Shown piece by piece: positions 1 to 11,640 of a stretch of DNA of 64,000 bases (position 1 is the stretch's first letter; each line of letters begins with the position of its first letter). The DNA is taken from assembly GCF_009914755.1 (NCBI RefSeq), contig NC_060933.1. One strand, given 5' to 3'. The notes under the pieces are model-generated. The model saw nothing but the letters and a program-made list of their open reading frames with translations, had not been told where the DNA came from and made no database searches. A program made the translations under genes and the position numbers. The stretch is from the human T2T-CHM13v2.0 reference genome, Homo sapiens.

Positions 1-1200
1 GGATAAATACCCATAAAGTGGAATTGCTGGGTCATATGGTGGTTCTATTTTTAATTTTTTGAGAAAGCTCCATATCATTTTCTGTAATGGCTCTATTGAT
101 TTATATTCCCACCAATAGTGCACAATTCTCTTTTCTCCACATACTTGTCAACACTTGTTATTTTTCATCTTTTTCATCGTAGCCATCTTCACAGGTGTGA
201 GATGATACCTCATTGTGGTTTTAATTGCATTTTTCTGATTATTGGTGATATTGAGGAGCCTCCCATGTCTCTGTTGGTCATTTGTATGTCTTCTTTGGAA
301 AAATGTCTATTCAGGTCTTTTGCCCTTTTTTTTTTTTTTTTAAATCAAGTTATTTGCTTTTTGGCTCTTGACTTATATGAATTTCTTATTTATTTTGGAT
401 ATTAGTTCCTTGCCAGTTATATAGTTGGGAAATATTTTCTTCCATTCTGTGAGTTGTCTTTTCATTTTATTATTTGTTTCCTTTGTTGTGCAGAAATGTT
501 TTAGTTTGATGTAGTCTCAGTTGTTTATTTTTTATTTTTCCCTGTGCTTTTGATGACATATCCATGAAATAATTTCCAAGATTTATGTCATGAAGATTTT
601 CTTCTATGTTTTCTTCTAGAAGTTTTATAGTTTCAGGCCTCACGTTTAAACCTTTAATTCTTTAATTCATTTTAAGTTGCCTTTTTTTGGTATAGTGTGA
701 GATAAAGATCTAATTTATCCTTTTTTTCTTTTCTTTCTTTCTTTTTCTTTTTTCTTTTTTTTTTCTTTTTGTTGAGTGCGGATATCCAGTTTTCCAAAAA
801 CCATTTAAGGAAGATACTATCTTTTATCCATTGTGTATTCTTGGTGCCTTTCTTGAAAATTAGTTGACTCTATATGTGTAGGTTTATCTTAAGACTTTGT
901 ATCCTGTTCCATTAGTCTATGTGTTTTTATGTCAGTGTCATAATGTTTTGATTACTATATCTTCATAATATAATTTTAAATCAGTACATGTAATGCTTTC
1001 AGCTTTGTTTGTTCTTCTTAGGATTGTTTCAGCTATTTGGAGTCTTTTATAGTTCCATATACATTTCAGAATTTTTTCTATTTCTTGAAAATTTCCATTG
1101 GGATTTTGATAGGGATTGCAACAAATTTGTAGATTACTTTGGTTAGTATTGCTATTTTGACAATATTAATTCTTCCAATCCATGAATGGGATATTGTTCT

Positions 1201-1268
1201 CTTTTTTTTTTAGGTCAGGGTTTTGCTGTCTCACACATGCACTCCGGCTGGAGTGCAGTTCAGCAATC
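1201..1268 (-). mobile_element. Severely 5'-truncated Alu 3' end (about 65 bp) inserted in L1M
   Basis: T-tract followed by '...ggctggagtgcagttcagcaatcat'. Flanked by the degenerate repeat atattgttct/atatttttct; L1 resumes in register. Confidence 0.65.
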
Positions 1269-1398
1269 ATATTTTTCTATTTATTTGTGTCTTCCTTAAT
1301 TTCTTTCACTACTGTTTTCTAGTTTTCAGTGAACAGATCTTTCACCTCCTTGGTCAAGCTTACTCCTAAGTACTTCAGTTTTTAAAATGCTATTGTAG

Positions 1399-1685
1399 AG
1401 CTGCACATGGTGCCTTGTTTCTATAATTCCATCTACTAGGGAGGCTGAGACTGGAGGATTGCTTGAGGACAGGAGTTTGAGACCAGTCAGAGTAATGTAG
1501 TAAGACTCTATCTCGAAAAATATATATTTTTTAAATTAGCAGGGTATGGTTGCCCATGCCTGTAATCCCAGCTGTTTGGAAGACTAGGTGGGAGGATCTC
1601 TTAAGCCCAGGAGATGGAGGCTGCAGTGAGCTATGATTGTGCCTCTGTGCTCCAGCCTGGTCAACAGTACTAGACCCATCTCTAA
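1399..1685 (+). mobile_element. AluJ
   Basis: Dimeric Alu with J-type 'ggaggattgcttgag', 'gcccaggag' and 'gtgagctatgattgtgcc'; heavily diverged. Confidence 0.9.
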
Positions 1686-4489
1686 TTTATATATATATCT
1701 TAATTTTTGATTTTTTAGTGCATAGAAAAGGAACTGATTTTTGTAAAATTAACGAATTGACTTTTGAAGTTTGATTCTGTATCCTGAAAATTTACTGAAT
1801 TTCTTTAATGGTTTTAACAATTTTTGGTAGCGTATTTAAGGTTTTATATACACATAAGATCATGTTATCTGGAAACACCGTTTAACTTCAACCTTTCTGA
1901 TTTGGATGACTTTTTTTTTTTTCTCATACCTAATTGCACTGACTACGATTTACAATACTATACTGAGTAGAAGTGGTGACAGTGGGCATCCCTTTCTTTT
2001 TCATGATCTTAGAGGAAAAGAGTTCAGCTTTTCATCACTGCATATGAAGTTAGCTGTGGGCTTTTCATATATGTCTTTTATTATGTTAAGGTATAACTTA
2101 GTAACTTAGTTGACTTCTATAACTAATTTGTTGACAGTTTTTTTAAATCATGAAAGGACATTGAATATTGTTAAATGATTTTCTGCATCTATTGAGATGA
2201 TATGATTTTTATGTTTTATTCTGTTGATGTAGTATATCACATTTATTGATTTTTATATGTCAAACCATCCTTGCATTATAGGAATAAATCCCACTGTATG
2301 ATCTTTCTAACATGCTTTTGAATTTGATTTGCTAATACTTTGTTAAAGGTTTTTGCATCTATGTTCATTGGGAAAATTGGCCTATTAGTTTCTTTTCTTG
2401 TAATGTCCTTGTCTAACTTTGGTATGAGGTTAATACAGGCTTTTAAAATGAGTTTGGAAGCATTTGCTTTGCTTTAATTTCTTGAAAGAGTTTGAGAAAA
2501 TTTGGTATTAAATCTTTAATGTTTGGTAGAATTTATCAGTGAAGCCATCAGATACTGGGCTTTACTTTGGTGGGAGTTTTTGTTTTTATTACTAATTCAA
2601 TCTCCTTGCTTATCATTGGCCTATTCAGATTTTTTATTTCTTCATGATTCAGTTATGGTAGGTTGTATGTGTCTAGGAATGTATGCATTTCTTCTAAATT
2701 GTCCAATTTGTTGGTTTATAATTATTCATAGTAGTCCCTTATAATCCTTTGTATTTCTGTGGTATCAGCTGTAATTTATTCTCTTTCACTTGTGATTTTG
2801 ATTATTTCTGTCTTGCATCATTTTAATTTAGTTAAAATTTTATCAATTTTGTTAATCTTAAAAACTCTTAGTTTATTTTTCTTGCTTTCTATTGTCTCTA
2901 TTTTATTTATTTCTGCTCTAATCATTATTATTTCCTTTTTTACTACCTTTGGGCTAAGTTTGCTCTTCTTTTTCTAGTTCATTGAAGTGTAAAGTGAAAT
3001 TGCTTACTTAAGAATTTTCTTTTTTGTCACAGAGATGCTAATTGCTGTGCACTTCCCTCTTGGAACTGCTTTTGCTACAACACATGAACTTTGGTATATT
3101 GTGTTTCCATTTCTACCTGTCTCAATACAGTTTTTGACTTGTTTTTACTGTTTGATCCTTTGGTTGTTCAGGTGTAGGTTGTTTAATTTCCACATATTTG
3201 TAAATTTTCCTTCCGTTATTGATTTTTAGTTTAATACCATTGTGGTCAAAAGAGACGCTTGACATAATTTTGATTTTCCTAAATTCATTTAGGCTTGTTT
3301 TATGGCCTAATATATAATCTATTTTGGAGAATGTTCCCTGAATGCTTGACAAGAATGTATATTCTGCTGCTACTGTTGAAAGAAACATTCTGTATATGCC
3401 TGTTTAGTTCATTTGGTCTAACATGTATTTCAAGTTAAATGTTTCCTTATTGATTTTCTGTCTCAACGATCTATCTATTATTGAAAGTAGGGTATTAAAA
3501 TCCCCTATTATTGCATTGATATTTCTCTCTTCAATTCTGTTAATATTTGCTTTATATATTTAGGAGACTCAATATTGGGTGCATAGACTTAGTTACAATT
3601 TTTATATCCTTTTGGTAAATTGACCCCTTTAACATTACATAGTGACCTTCTGTGTCTCCTGTTTCGAAGTAGTCTATTTTGTCTGACATAAATATATATA
3701 TTATTTCTTTTTTTTTTGGTTTTCATTTGAAATACCATTTTCCATTCCTTCACTTTCAGTCCACGTAAAGCTAAAGTGAGTCTTGTAGGCAGCATATAGT
3801 TGGGATAATTTTCTGTAATGAATATAGTATCTTATAATTAGGAAACATAGTTTTTAAAAATATGTAGGAATGTTACATTAATATGTAAACTATGTATTGT
3901 AGAAATTTCCATCCTATCATATTAATCAGATAATGGGTTATCAACTAAATGAAGTACAGAGAAATACATACTCATCACAATGATCTCATCATAGGTACTT
4001 TTTGTTTAGTTCAGCAGGACAAATAAGGGTCATAAATTTTAACTTTAAAATAAGCTATTGAATTGTACTCACAATAACCACTAGTACTGTTACAAAACAG
4101 CGTAAAAGTATGTTGAGTCTGGCATCTTTGTAAAATGGTTTATTAGCAATAAAACAACAGATCAATGGAGGAAACAAGCGTATGCCCGTAGGCAGCAAAG
4201 TTAATCCAAATGCATAAATCCTTATGAAGACTTAACAGAGAGTAATAGAAAAGAGCTGAGGGAAAATAAACATAATAGATGAGACTGGCATGATATATCT
4301 CAAGTTTATTGCAATATAGTACACGAAGAATGGAAAAAGAGAGCCAAGTGAGAAAAAAAAAATAAAACTAGACAAAGGAAGAAGACAGAACGAAGAAATA
4401 AGTTGGTAAACAGTTACAGATTCTTAAAAACAGAGTTCATGCCCTTCTGGGATTTACTTCTACAAAATTTTCTGTGAGTGGCTTTCCCA

Positions 4490-5700
4490 TCTCTTCATTA
4501 ATGATTCCAGTGACAAAGATCTCACCACTCAAAGGCAGCCCTTTCCACACATGAATGGTTCTAATTATTTTATGAGTGTTCCATATTATTTTTGGTAATT
4601 TCAAACATCTTGTAAATTTTACCCATAGGTTCTTATTCTCCAGTAAATTAAATAGAGTACACGTTAAGTATTGTTTTCACCCTGTAGCTCTCCTGATAGG
4701 TAAATAAAGCAAATATTGATCTTTCACTTTTTTATTTTATAAATTTCCCTCTCACTTAAGTAGTTGTTATGTATGCTTTTGAAGTGCTCCACTAAAGTGG
4801 GCTCCATCTTTAGTGGTGCCACTCATTTAGTAAGGTGCTCCTCTGTCCTTTGCCATTTGCATGTTCTCTGGTTTATCAAAATCTTTCTGAAAATGCAGCT
4901 CATTGTCATGAACAAAAAAATTCCACCTATGGTTTTAGCAACTTGAGGTTGAAAGGTACCATAACTTCAGCCAATCCTTATGCTACATTTTTTATGATAT
5001 TGTAGTCATAGAGCCTGTTAGCATTTTTGACAGCCATATAACATGTTTTACTTATATGTTTTCTGAAATTTAGCATTTCTAATTAAGTCTTTTCACACTT
5101 GTGTGGTTAATGTTTTAGTTTTGTGATGACCATACACTTCCTTTTTATTGATTTGGTCTACTGTTCTGAATTTTGTGGCTCCTCATTCTGTTTTTCAAGA
5201 AAGTTGCCTCCTATATATTTAAGCTTTCATATTAATTTCTCCTTTGGTACATATGTGTTCTCTGCATTCAAATAAGTGACAGATACATCTTTTGATAGCA
5301 AGGAATAATAGCAATGCTCTGTAACAGTCATTAGCTTTCGCCATTGATGAGGTGACTTGCGTTTATATATCCCTGACCACACCTGGTAAATTAGTTAAGC
5401 TTTTCATCTTCTCTACAAGAATAATTTGAGAGATTGTTTCAAATTATTTCCTGAATTTTAGAGTTGCTACATTTACTATACATCTTGACTCCTTATTCTA
5501 CTGTTTATTTTAAAAGAGGAAATGAGGCTAGTATCTTATGACTTGTTTTGGTGAATTCATGTTGGTTCCCATTTATCAAGATCTATCTTTCTGAAACCTC
5601 CATTACCTTTCATTTGAAGATGTGTTTTATACATCTCTGAGGATGGTACATTAATCTCAATTCCCTCTGCTTTTAAAAAAATCAGGACTACTTTTGATGG
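4490..5700 (-). mobile_element. L3/CR1 remnant
   Basis: CR1-like blocks 'tccagtgacaaagatctcaccactcaaaggcagccctttcca', 'gcatttttgacagccatataaca' and 'gaaatgaggctagtatcttatgacttgttttggtgaattcatgttgg' in the expected order. Boundaries approximate. Confidence 0.6.
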
Positions 5701-6513
5701 CCATTATTTTTATAGTTCTCTTATGCTTCAAGTTGGTTAGTGGTAATGACTATTATTTATAAAATGTATACTTTTTAAATTTCAAAATAATCCCTTGCAA
5801 TAAGACATTTTCTTCTTTGCTCCTTCAGATTTTATTGTATAAACATGGAGATAATCTTAGAAAATTTGCTTGGAAATAGGCATCCAGTTAATAAGTAGGA
5901 CTCATTAAAAACTTTCACCTGGTCCTTTGATCCCAGATTTAGGCAATTTTTCACCTTGCAATAGCTCTCAATTGTAATTGGATAGCCTTATTTATAAGTT
6001 TCTAAAGAATCTGGAAAAGTACAAATGGTATTTTTACTTGTATTGAACTTTAGGTTTTTAGATCTTTTGTCTGAAGACTGCTTCCCTGAAAAAGAAAAAA
6101 AGAGAGAGAAGTAAACATAGAGATTAGGTATTATTTTCTGATATTATTTTTACTTGTTACCCCTGACCTTAGGATTATTCTTTTGAGATCTGTGCCTCAA
6201 ACATAATTATAAATGTCCTTTTTTATGTTAAGTGTTTTCTACAAGTCTTTTGCTAATAGATCTTAAACAATATGGTATAATTTGTATTGATTTTTGTCCC
6301 TATGTATCTGTTGTCGGGCCATTATTCAATACATGGCACATTTTTTATTCTTTGAACTAGTAATTCAACCTTTAAAAATATATCCTAAGTAAATATTTGC
6401 ACCTTCATATAAGAAGAACTTGGAATGTTACTGCAGTATTGGTCATTATACTGTCCATCAACATGGGAGTGAAAAAATACTATGCAGCTATTAGAAAGAA
6501 TAATATTGATCTA

Positions 6514-6886
6514 TGTATTAGTCCATTCTCATGCTGCTACAAGGAAAAACCCAAGACTGGGTAACTTATAAAGAAAATAGGTTTAATTTACTCACAGTTC
6601 CACATAGCTTGGGAGGCCTCAGGAAACTTACATTCATGGCAGAAGGGGAAGCAAACATGTCCTTCTTCACATGATGGCAGGAAGAAGTGCCAATTGAAGT
6701 GGGGGAAAAACCCATTATAAAACAATCCGATCTCATGGGAACTCACTCACTATCACGTGAACAGCATGGGGGAACCACCCCCATGATTCAATTCCCTCTC
6801 ACCGGGTCCCTCCGATGACACGTGAGGATTATGGGATTATAATTCAAGATGAGATTTGGGAGGGAACACAGAGCCAAACCATATCA
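6514..6886 (-). mobile_element. THE1 (THE1B/C-like) MaLR 3' LTR, complete
   Basis: Begins tgtattagtccattctc, ends gagccaaaccatatca, and contains 'gaagcaaacatgtccttcttcacatg'. Confidence 0.92.
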
Positions 6887-7819
6887 TTCCACCCCAGCCC
6901 CTGCCAAATCTCGTCATCACATTTCAAAACACAATCATGCCTTTCCAACAGTCCCCCAAAATCTTAACTCCTTCCAACATTAACCCAAATGTTCAAATCC
7001 AAAGTCTCATCTGAGATAAGGCAAGTCCCTTCTGCCTGTGAGCCTGTAAAATTGAAATCAAGTTAGTTACTTTCTAGATACAATGAGGGTACAGGCATTG
7101 GGTAAATACACCCACTCCAAATGGGTGAAATTGGCCAAAACAAAGGGGCTACAGGCCCCATGCAAGTCCAAAATCCAACAGGGCAGTCACCAAACCTTAA
7201 AGTTCCAAAATGACCTCCTTTGACTCCATGTCTCACATCCATGTTACACTGATGCAAGAAGTAGACTCCCATGGTTTTGGGCAGCTCTGCTCCTGTGGCT
7301 TTGCAGGGTACAGCCCTACACCTGGCTGCTTTCACAGGCTGATATTGAGTGTCTGTGGCCTTTTCTGGTGCACAGTACAAGCTACTGATGGATCTACCAT
7401 TCTGGGGTCTGGAGGATGGTGGCCTTCCTCTGACAGCTCCACTAGGAAGTGCCCCAATTGGGACACTGTGTGGGGGCTTCAGCCTCACATTTTCCTTTAC
7501 ACTGTTCTAGCAGAGGTTCTCCATGAGGGCCCTGCCCCTGCAGCAAACCTCTGCCTGGACATACAGATCTTTCCATACATCCCCTGAAATCTAGGCAGAG
7601 GTTCCCAAACCTCAATTCTTGCCTTCTGCACAGCTGGTGGCCCAACAACACGTGGGAGCTACTAAGAGCTGGGGCTTACACCCTCTGAAGCAAAAGCCTG
7701 AGCTATACCTTGGCCCCTTTTAGCCAATGCTAGAGTGGCTGGGACTCAGAGTACCAAGTCCCAAGGTTGCAAACAGCAGGTAGGCCTAGGACTGGGCCCA
7801 GGAAAACATTTTTCCCTCT
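6887..7819 (-). mobile_element. THE1-int internal sequence, partial
   Basis: Typical THE1-int sequence directly after the LTR. ORF 7063..7488(-) 'GALPSGAVRGRPPSSRPQNGRS' is the MaLR internal frame. Confidence 0.9.
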
Positions 7820-7926
7820 GCCATGATTCTATTACCGCCCACCAGGTCCATCCCATGACATGTGGGAATTATGGGATTATAATTCAAGATGAGATTTAGA
7901 TGGAGACACAGAGACAAACTCTATCA
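7820..7926 (-). mobile_element. THE1 5' LTR remnant (first ~106 bp only)
   Basis: Direct repeat of 6781-6886, with about 18 mismatches in 106 bp by eye. Confidence 0.9.
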
Positions 7927-7999
7927 ATTTGTGTATGTGAAAATAGGAGTATCTCTCTAAAATAAATTAGTAAGTGAAGGAAGTAGAATAATATTATGA

Positions 8000-8250
8000 C
8001 AGTAGCTAACTTTTGTTGTTTTTTTTTAACCATGTGGCATGGTTCTAAGTACTTCATATGAATTTATGAATTTCATCTTCACAACTGCCCCCTGAAGGAG
8101 ATATTATTATCATCTACATTTTACACATAAGGAAACTGAATCACATAGAAATTACATAATTTTCTGATGGTTGCATAGCTAACAAGTGGCAGATTTTGGA
8201 TATCTATCCAAGATAACTATTGGTCTGAGTCAGTACTTACAATCATGGGT
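8000..8250 (-). mobile_element. MIR
   Basis: Antisense MIR core 'cattttacacataaggaaactgaatcacatagaa' with flanking MIR arms. Confidence 0.8.
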
Positions 8251-10246
8251 ATATTGCCCACAAATAGCTAATGAATGATGTATTTGATGAGCTTTTATCC
8301 ATGAAAATATAAAGTGTCAAATATTAATTTGTATATATATACATGTATAAACACATACACTTTTTTTCCCTATAAGAAAGCACAGGAAACTATTGTTAAA
8401 CTCTGGAGTTGAATCTGACAATCCAGAAAATCACTGAGATTTACTTTTTCCAGTTTGAAAACATGAAAGACTCACTTTTATAATGTTTGAATATTTTACT
8501 ATGTTTATTAAGTCATTTCAATAGTAACAAAGGAGAATTTGAAAACATTGCTTTAAAAATTTCAATGTTATCTAGTAATTAATGTGTAAAAATTGAGAAT
8601 ACTTCCTGATGAAACAGATCTCTACAACCTTCTTAGGGAATCCTGCTTGTGTTTCTTCAGGATGTTTATTATGAGTTTTCTTATAATCACAAATGCATAT
8701 GTGAATGTCTCTGGCCATTCTTAATCAAATTCTAAAAATAAAATACTTTCTCCAAAGGCTTTACTTACACTTCACTAACCAAAAAAAGTTTTTTTAATTG
8801 AATAATAAGTAGAATTTTCCATTTGTTTGTTTAGCTACTTTCCTTAGTATAATAAATTGTAAAAATAAAAAGTGAAGAAATTATGAGATATTCTTCTTAA
8901 ATAGAATACAACTTTGAGATATTTAGAATTTTCACAAATTATACTATTTCAATTTTTAACTGATATTAAGAATACATCACACATTTTCCCATTTTGTCAG
9001 ATTTTCTAAAGAACAAGCTTTCAGTGATCTTAGTCTTGTCTCTCTCATCTTTCAGCTTTAATCATATTCTCCACATGGTACATATGATTGGAGGGTTATT
9101 AATTTCCTTACAAGTTTATAGTGTCTTTATATTCAGTAGTACTCTGCCTCACTCCTAAAAACTTCATTTTCTTTCACTAAGACATTGTTTTTCTATTCTA
9201 TTTTTGAACTGTATGTCTCATTTCATCAAGTCATAGTGATACTCAGATTAATAAGATATACATGTATATGTATACATATATCCAAATTAGAATGCTGTAT
9301 ATCATTTCCAGTGTTTGCAAATGTACAGTGAATAGATATGCTTATGCATTGCTAATGGAAATGAAAATAGGTAAAATGTTTGCAGTGTGATTTTTGTGAG
9401 ATAATCTGTCATCAGTGAATTAATAGTCTCCTTCTTATATTTCTTGAGAGAAATTCTGCTCCCAGTCTCAATCCCGTCATTTTGCTACTTTAATGAATGA
9501 GTCATAAATCTGAATCATGCTCTTCCACACAAACCAATTCATCTTTTTTCTTTTCCAAGTTTCTGGAATTGGAAGAAGTATTAAAACGGTCATTGATCCT
9601 CAATTCTTCCAGTTTTTTTGAAAACTTATTTTATCATCTTGCTCCATAGGCAGAGCAGAGCTGGAAAACCAGAAAACTTACCTAAGTTTGCCAGGAATCC
9701 GGGCTTGGTATTGGGGAGTAGGACTTACTAGTTGATTGTACCATACATAAATTAAACAGCTATTACCACAACATAGACAGCATTTGAATTCCAACTATTG
9801 AGCAATTTCGGAGAAATTAAAAATTCACTGGATTGCTAAATTATCCATGGATACACTAAATTATCCATATTGATAAAAGCCATCATATTAAAGTAGACGA
9901 ATTTGAAGAAAATACATCATTAACTGGCAAACCAGGGGAGAAATTAGTCTTCCTAGGGCCAAATCAGTCAATACATGTTCATTCACCTCAGTTGTTTCGT
10001 GTTGTTTCTTCAATATTTTAGAAAACTCAGAAGTTAATTAAACATACAAATGATTAAGTTTAATTAGATATATATTACTGTGTGTATAAATTTGCCAATA
10101 TGTATCTCTAACATATCAGTATTTCTATGCCTATGTCCTAACCATTTAGCAAACTATATCTAGTTTACTCCTAATATGATTTAAATGAGTCTTATCTATT
10201 TCTCCAATCTTTACAAATTCCCAAATTCCAGAATACCTTCTTGTAT

Positions 10247-10713
10247 TGTTACAGTTAAATCTTAAAATACAGCATGAATATGACTATCAAGATTATTTAA
10301 TCTAATATGAACAGACCAAGATAGTGCCCCACAGAAAAAATATTTCCTGTTCTCCAAAAGAATGACTTTCTTAGGCATAGTCCCAGGCCATGAATAAATA
10401 ACTACTAGAAATAGTTTCAAATGTATCTCAATCAATCAGACACAGATACCATGCTCTTGGCAGCCAATCAGCAGCAAACACTCCAGAGACAAAGTTTCTA
10501 CAACTGAAAGCCATCCAGGTTTAGAACATGTGATTCTCAAAGTCCACTAATACCTGAGCTTCTTCCTACTTCTAACCCTATCTAAGATCACTATGTGCAT
10601 TCTTTGGAGAGACTCACTTTGCAAATGCTACTCTTTCCTGCTGAACAAGCAATAAATTCAGGTTTTCTGTTACAGATATTTGAAACAAAGAAAGATGGTT
10701 TCTTCTTCTAACA
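10247..10713 (+). mobile_element. Probable ERV1-class solo LTR, family uncertain
   Basis: TG...CA termini, 'agccaatcag' CCAAT box, AATAAA about 60 bp before the end; interrupts L1M-like sequence. Confidence 0.5.
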
Positions 10714-11221
10714 TTTCTATTACAAATAAGGTCTAAATAAGAATAGTTTATTGCAAGGTAAGCTATACACATTTTCTTTAAGGAGAAAAGATAGAAATTT
10801 TAACTAATGCTTATTTGTGGGAAAGATATAAAAATTAGAAAAAAAATGTTAGAACTAAACGATAATAACAATAATAAAAACTTGTACACAACTCAAGTAG
10901 ACACTAGCGGTGATGAATAAAATATATATAAGCAAAAATAAAGATTAAAAGTTAATGAGAATTCAGGAAAGTAAAAAAGATATGTAAATAATAAAATCTG
11001 AAAAAGTAGAAATAATTGAAAATAGAAGAAAATATTAAAAATGCAAGCTAAGAAACAATGTAGAGTAGAAAAAAGACTAAGAACATAGACAAACTTGTAG
11101 ACATATTGAACAGGAAAACAAGATGATAAAAACAACAAATATTAATCATGAAAATGGAGTCCTCTATAAAAAATGATGAAGGGGTGTTTTGAATAACTTT
11201 ATGCCAATGCATTTAAAGTGT

Positions 11222-11640
11222 GGCTAAAGTCAATTAAAGAGTCTAGGACTAAGGAATCTCTGAGCAGGCAAAGCCAGTTAGATCTCATAAGTGACTTTAA
11301 CCTTGCTTGTTTGCAAACATGAATAAAATTTAACTGGAACTATTTATTTAAAATGCCTATATTAAATGACTTATGGGCAACCAATTAGAAGCTGCCAGCT
11401 AACTTACATGACTAGAGCTTTTACATCAGGTTAAACCACATAAGGCTACTTGTACAACTATAACTAATCAAATATTTTCTTTGTTTTTCTTCTGTGTTTG
11501 TCCTATAAAAAGCCTTCACCTCATGTTCCACTGATGGAGAACTCAGACTTCTTCCAATTTGGAGGCTTGTGACTCATGAATCACTATTTACTCAAATAAA
11601 CTCTTTAACACTTTATTGTGCCCCAGTTTACTTTTTAACA
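11222..11640 (+). mobile_element. ERV1 (MER4-group; MER57/MER93/LTR54-like) solo LTR
   Basis: CCAAT motif, 'cctataaaaagcc' TATA, 'ctcaaataaactc' polyA signal, ends 'ttttaaca'. 4-bp TSD gtgt/atgt; L1M resumes in register. Confidence 0.8.

Larger units (their letters stand above)
1..3805 (-). mobile_element. Old L1M-type LINE (L1MA/L1MB-like), decayed ORF2 from the C-terminal region back to the endonuclease; cut by the window edge
   Basis: Continuous antisense L1 ORF2 sequence. ORF 3122..3388(-) gives the EN-like peptide 'AEYTFLSSIQGTFSKIDYILGHKTSLNEFRKIKI'. Many stops and frameshifts. Confidence 0.9.

Noticed and set aside
7063-7651. Overlapping 141, 125 and 69 aa ORFs
   Set aside because: Standard decayed THE1-int reading frames.
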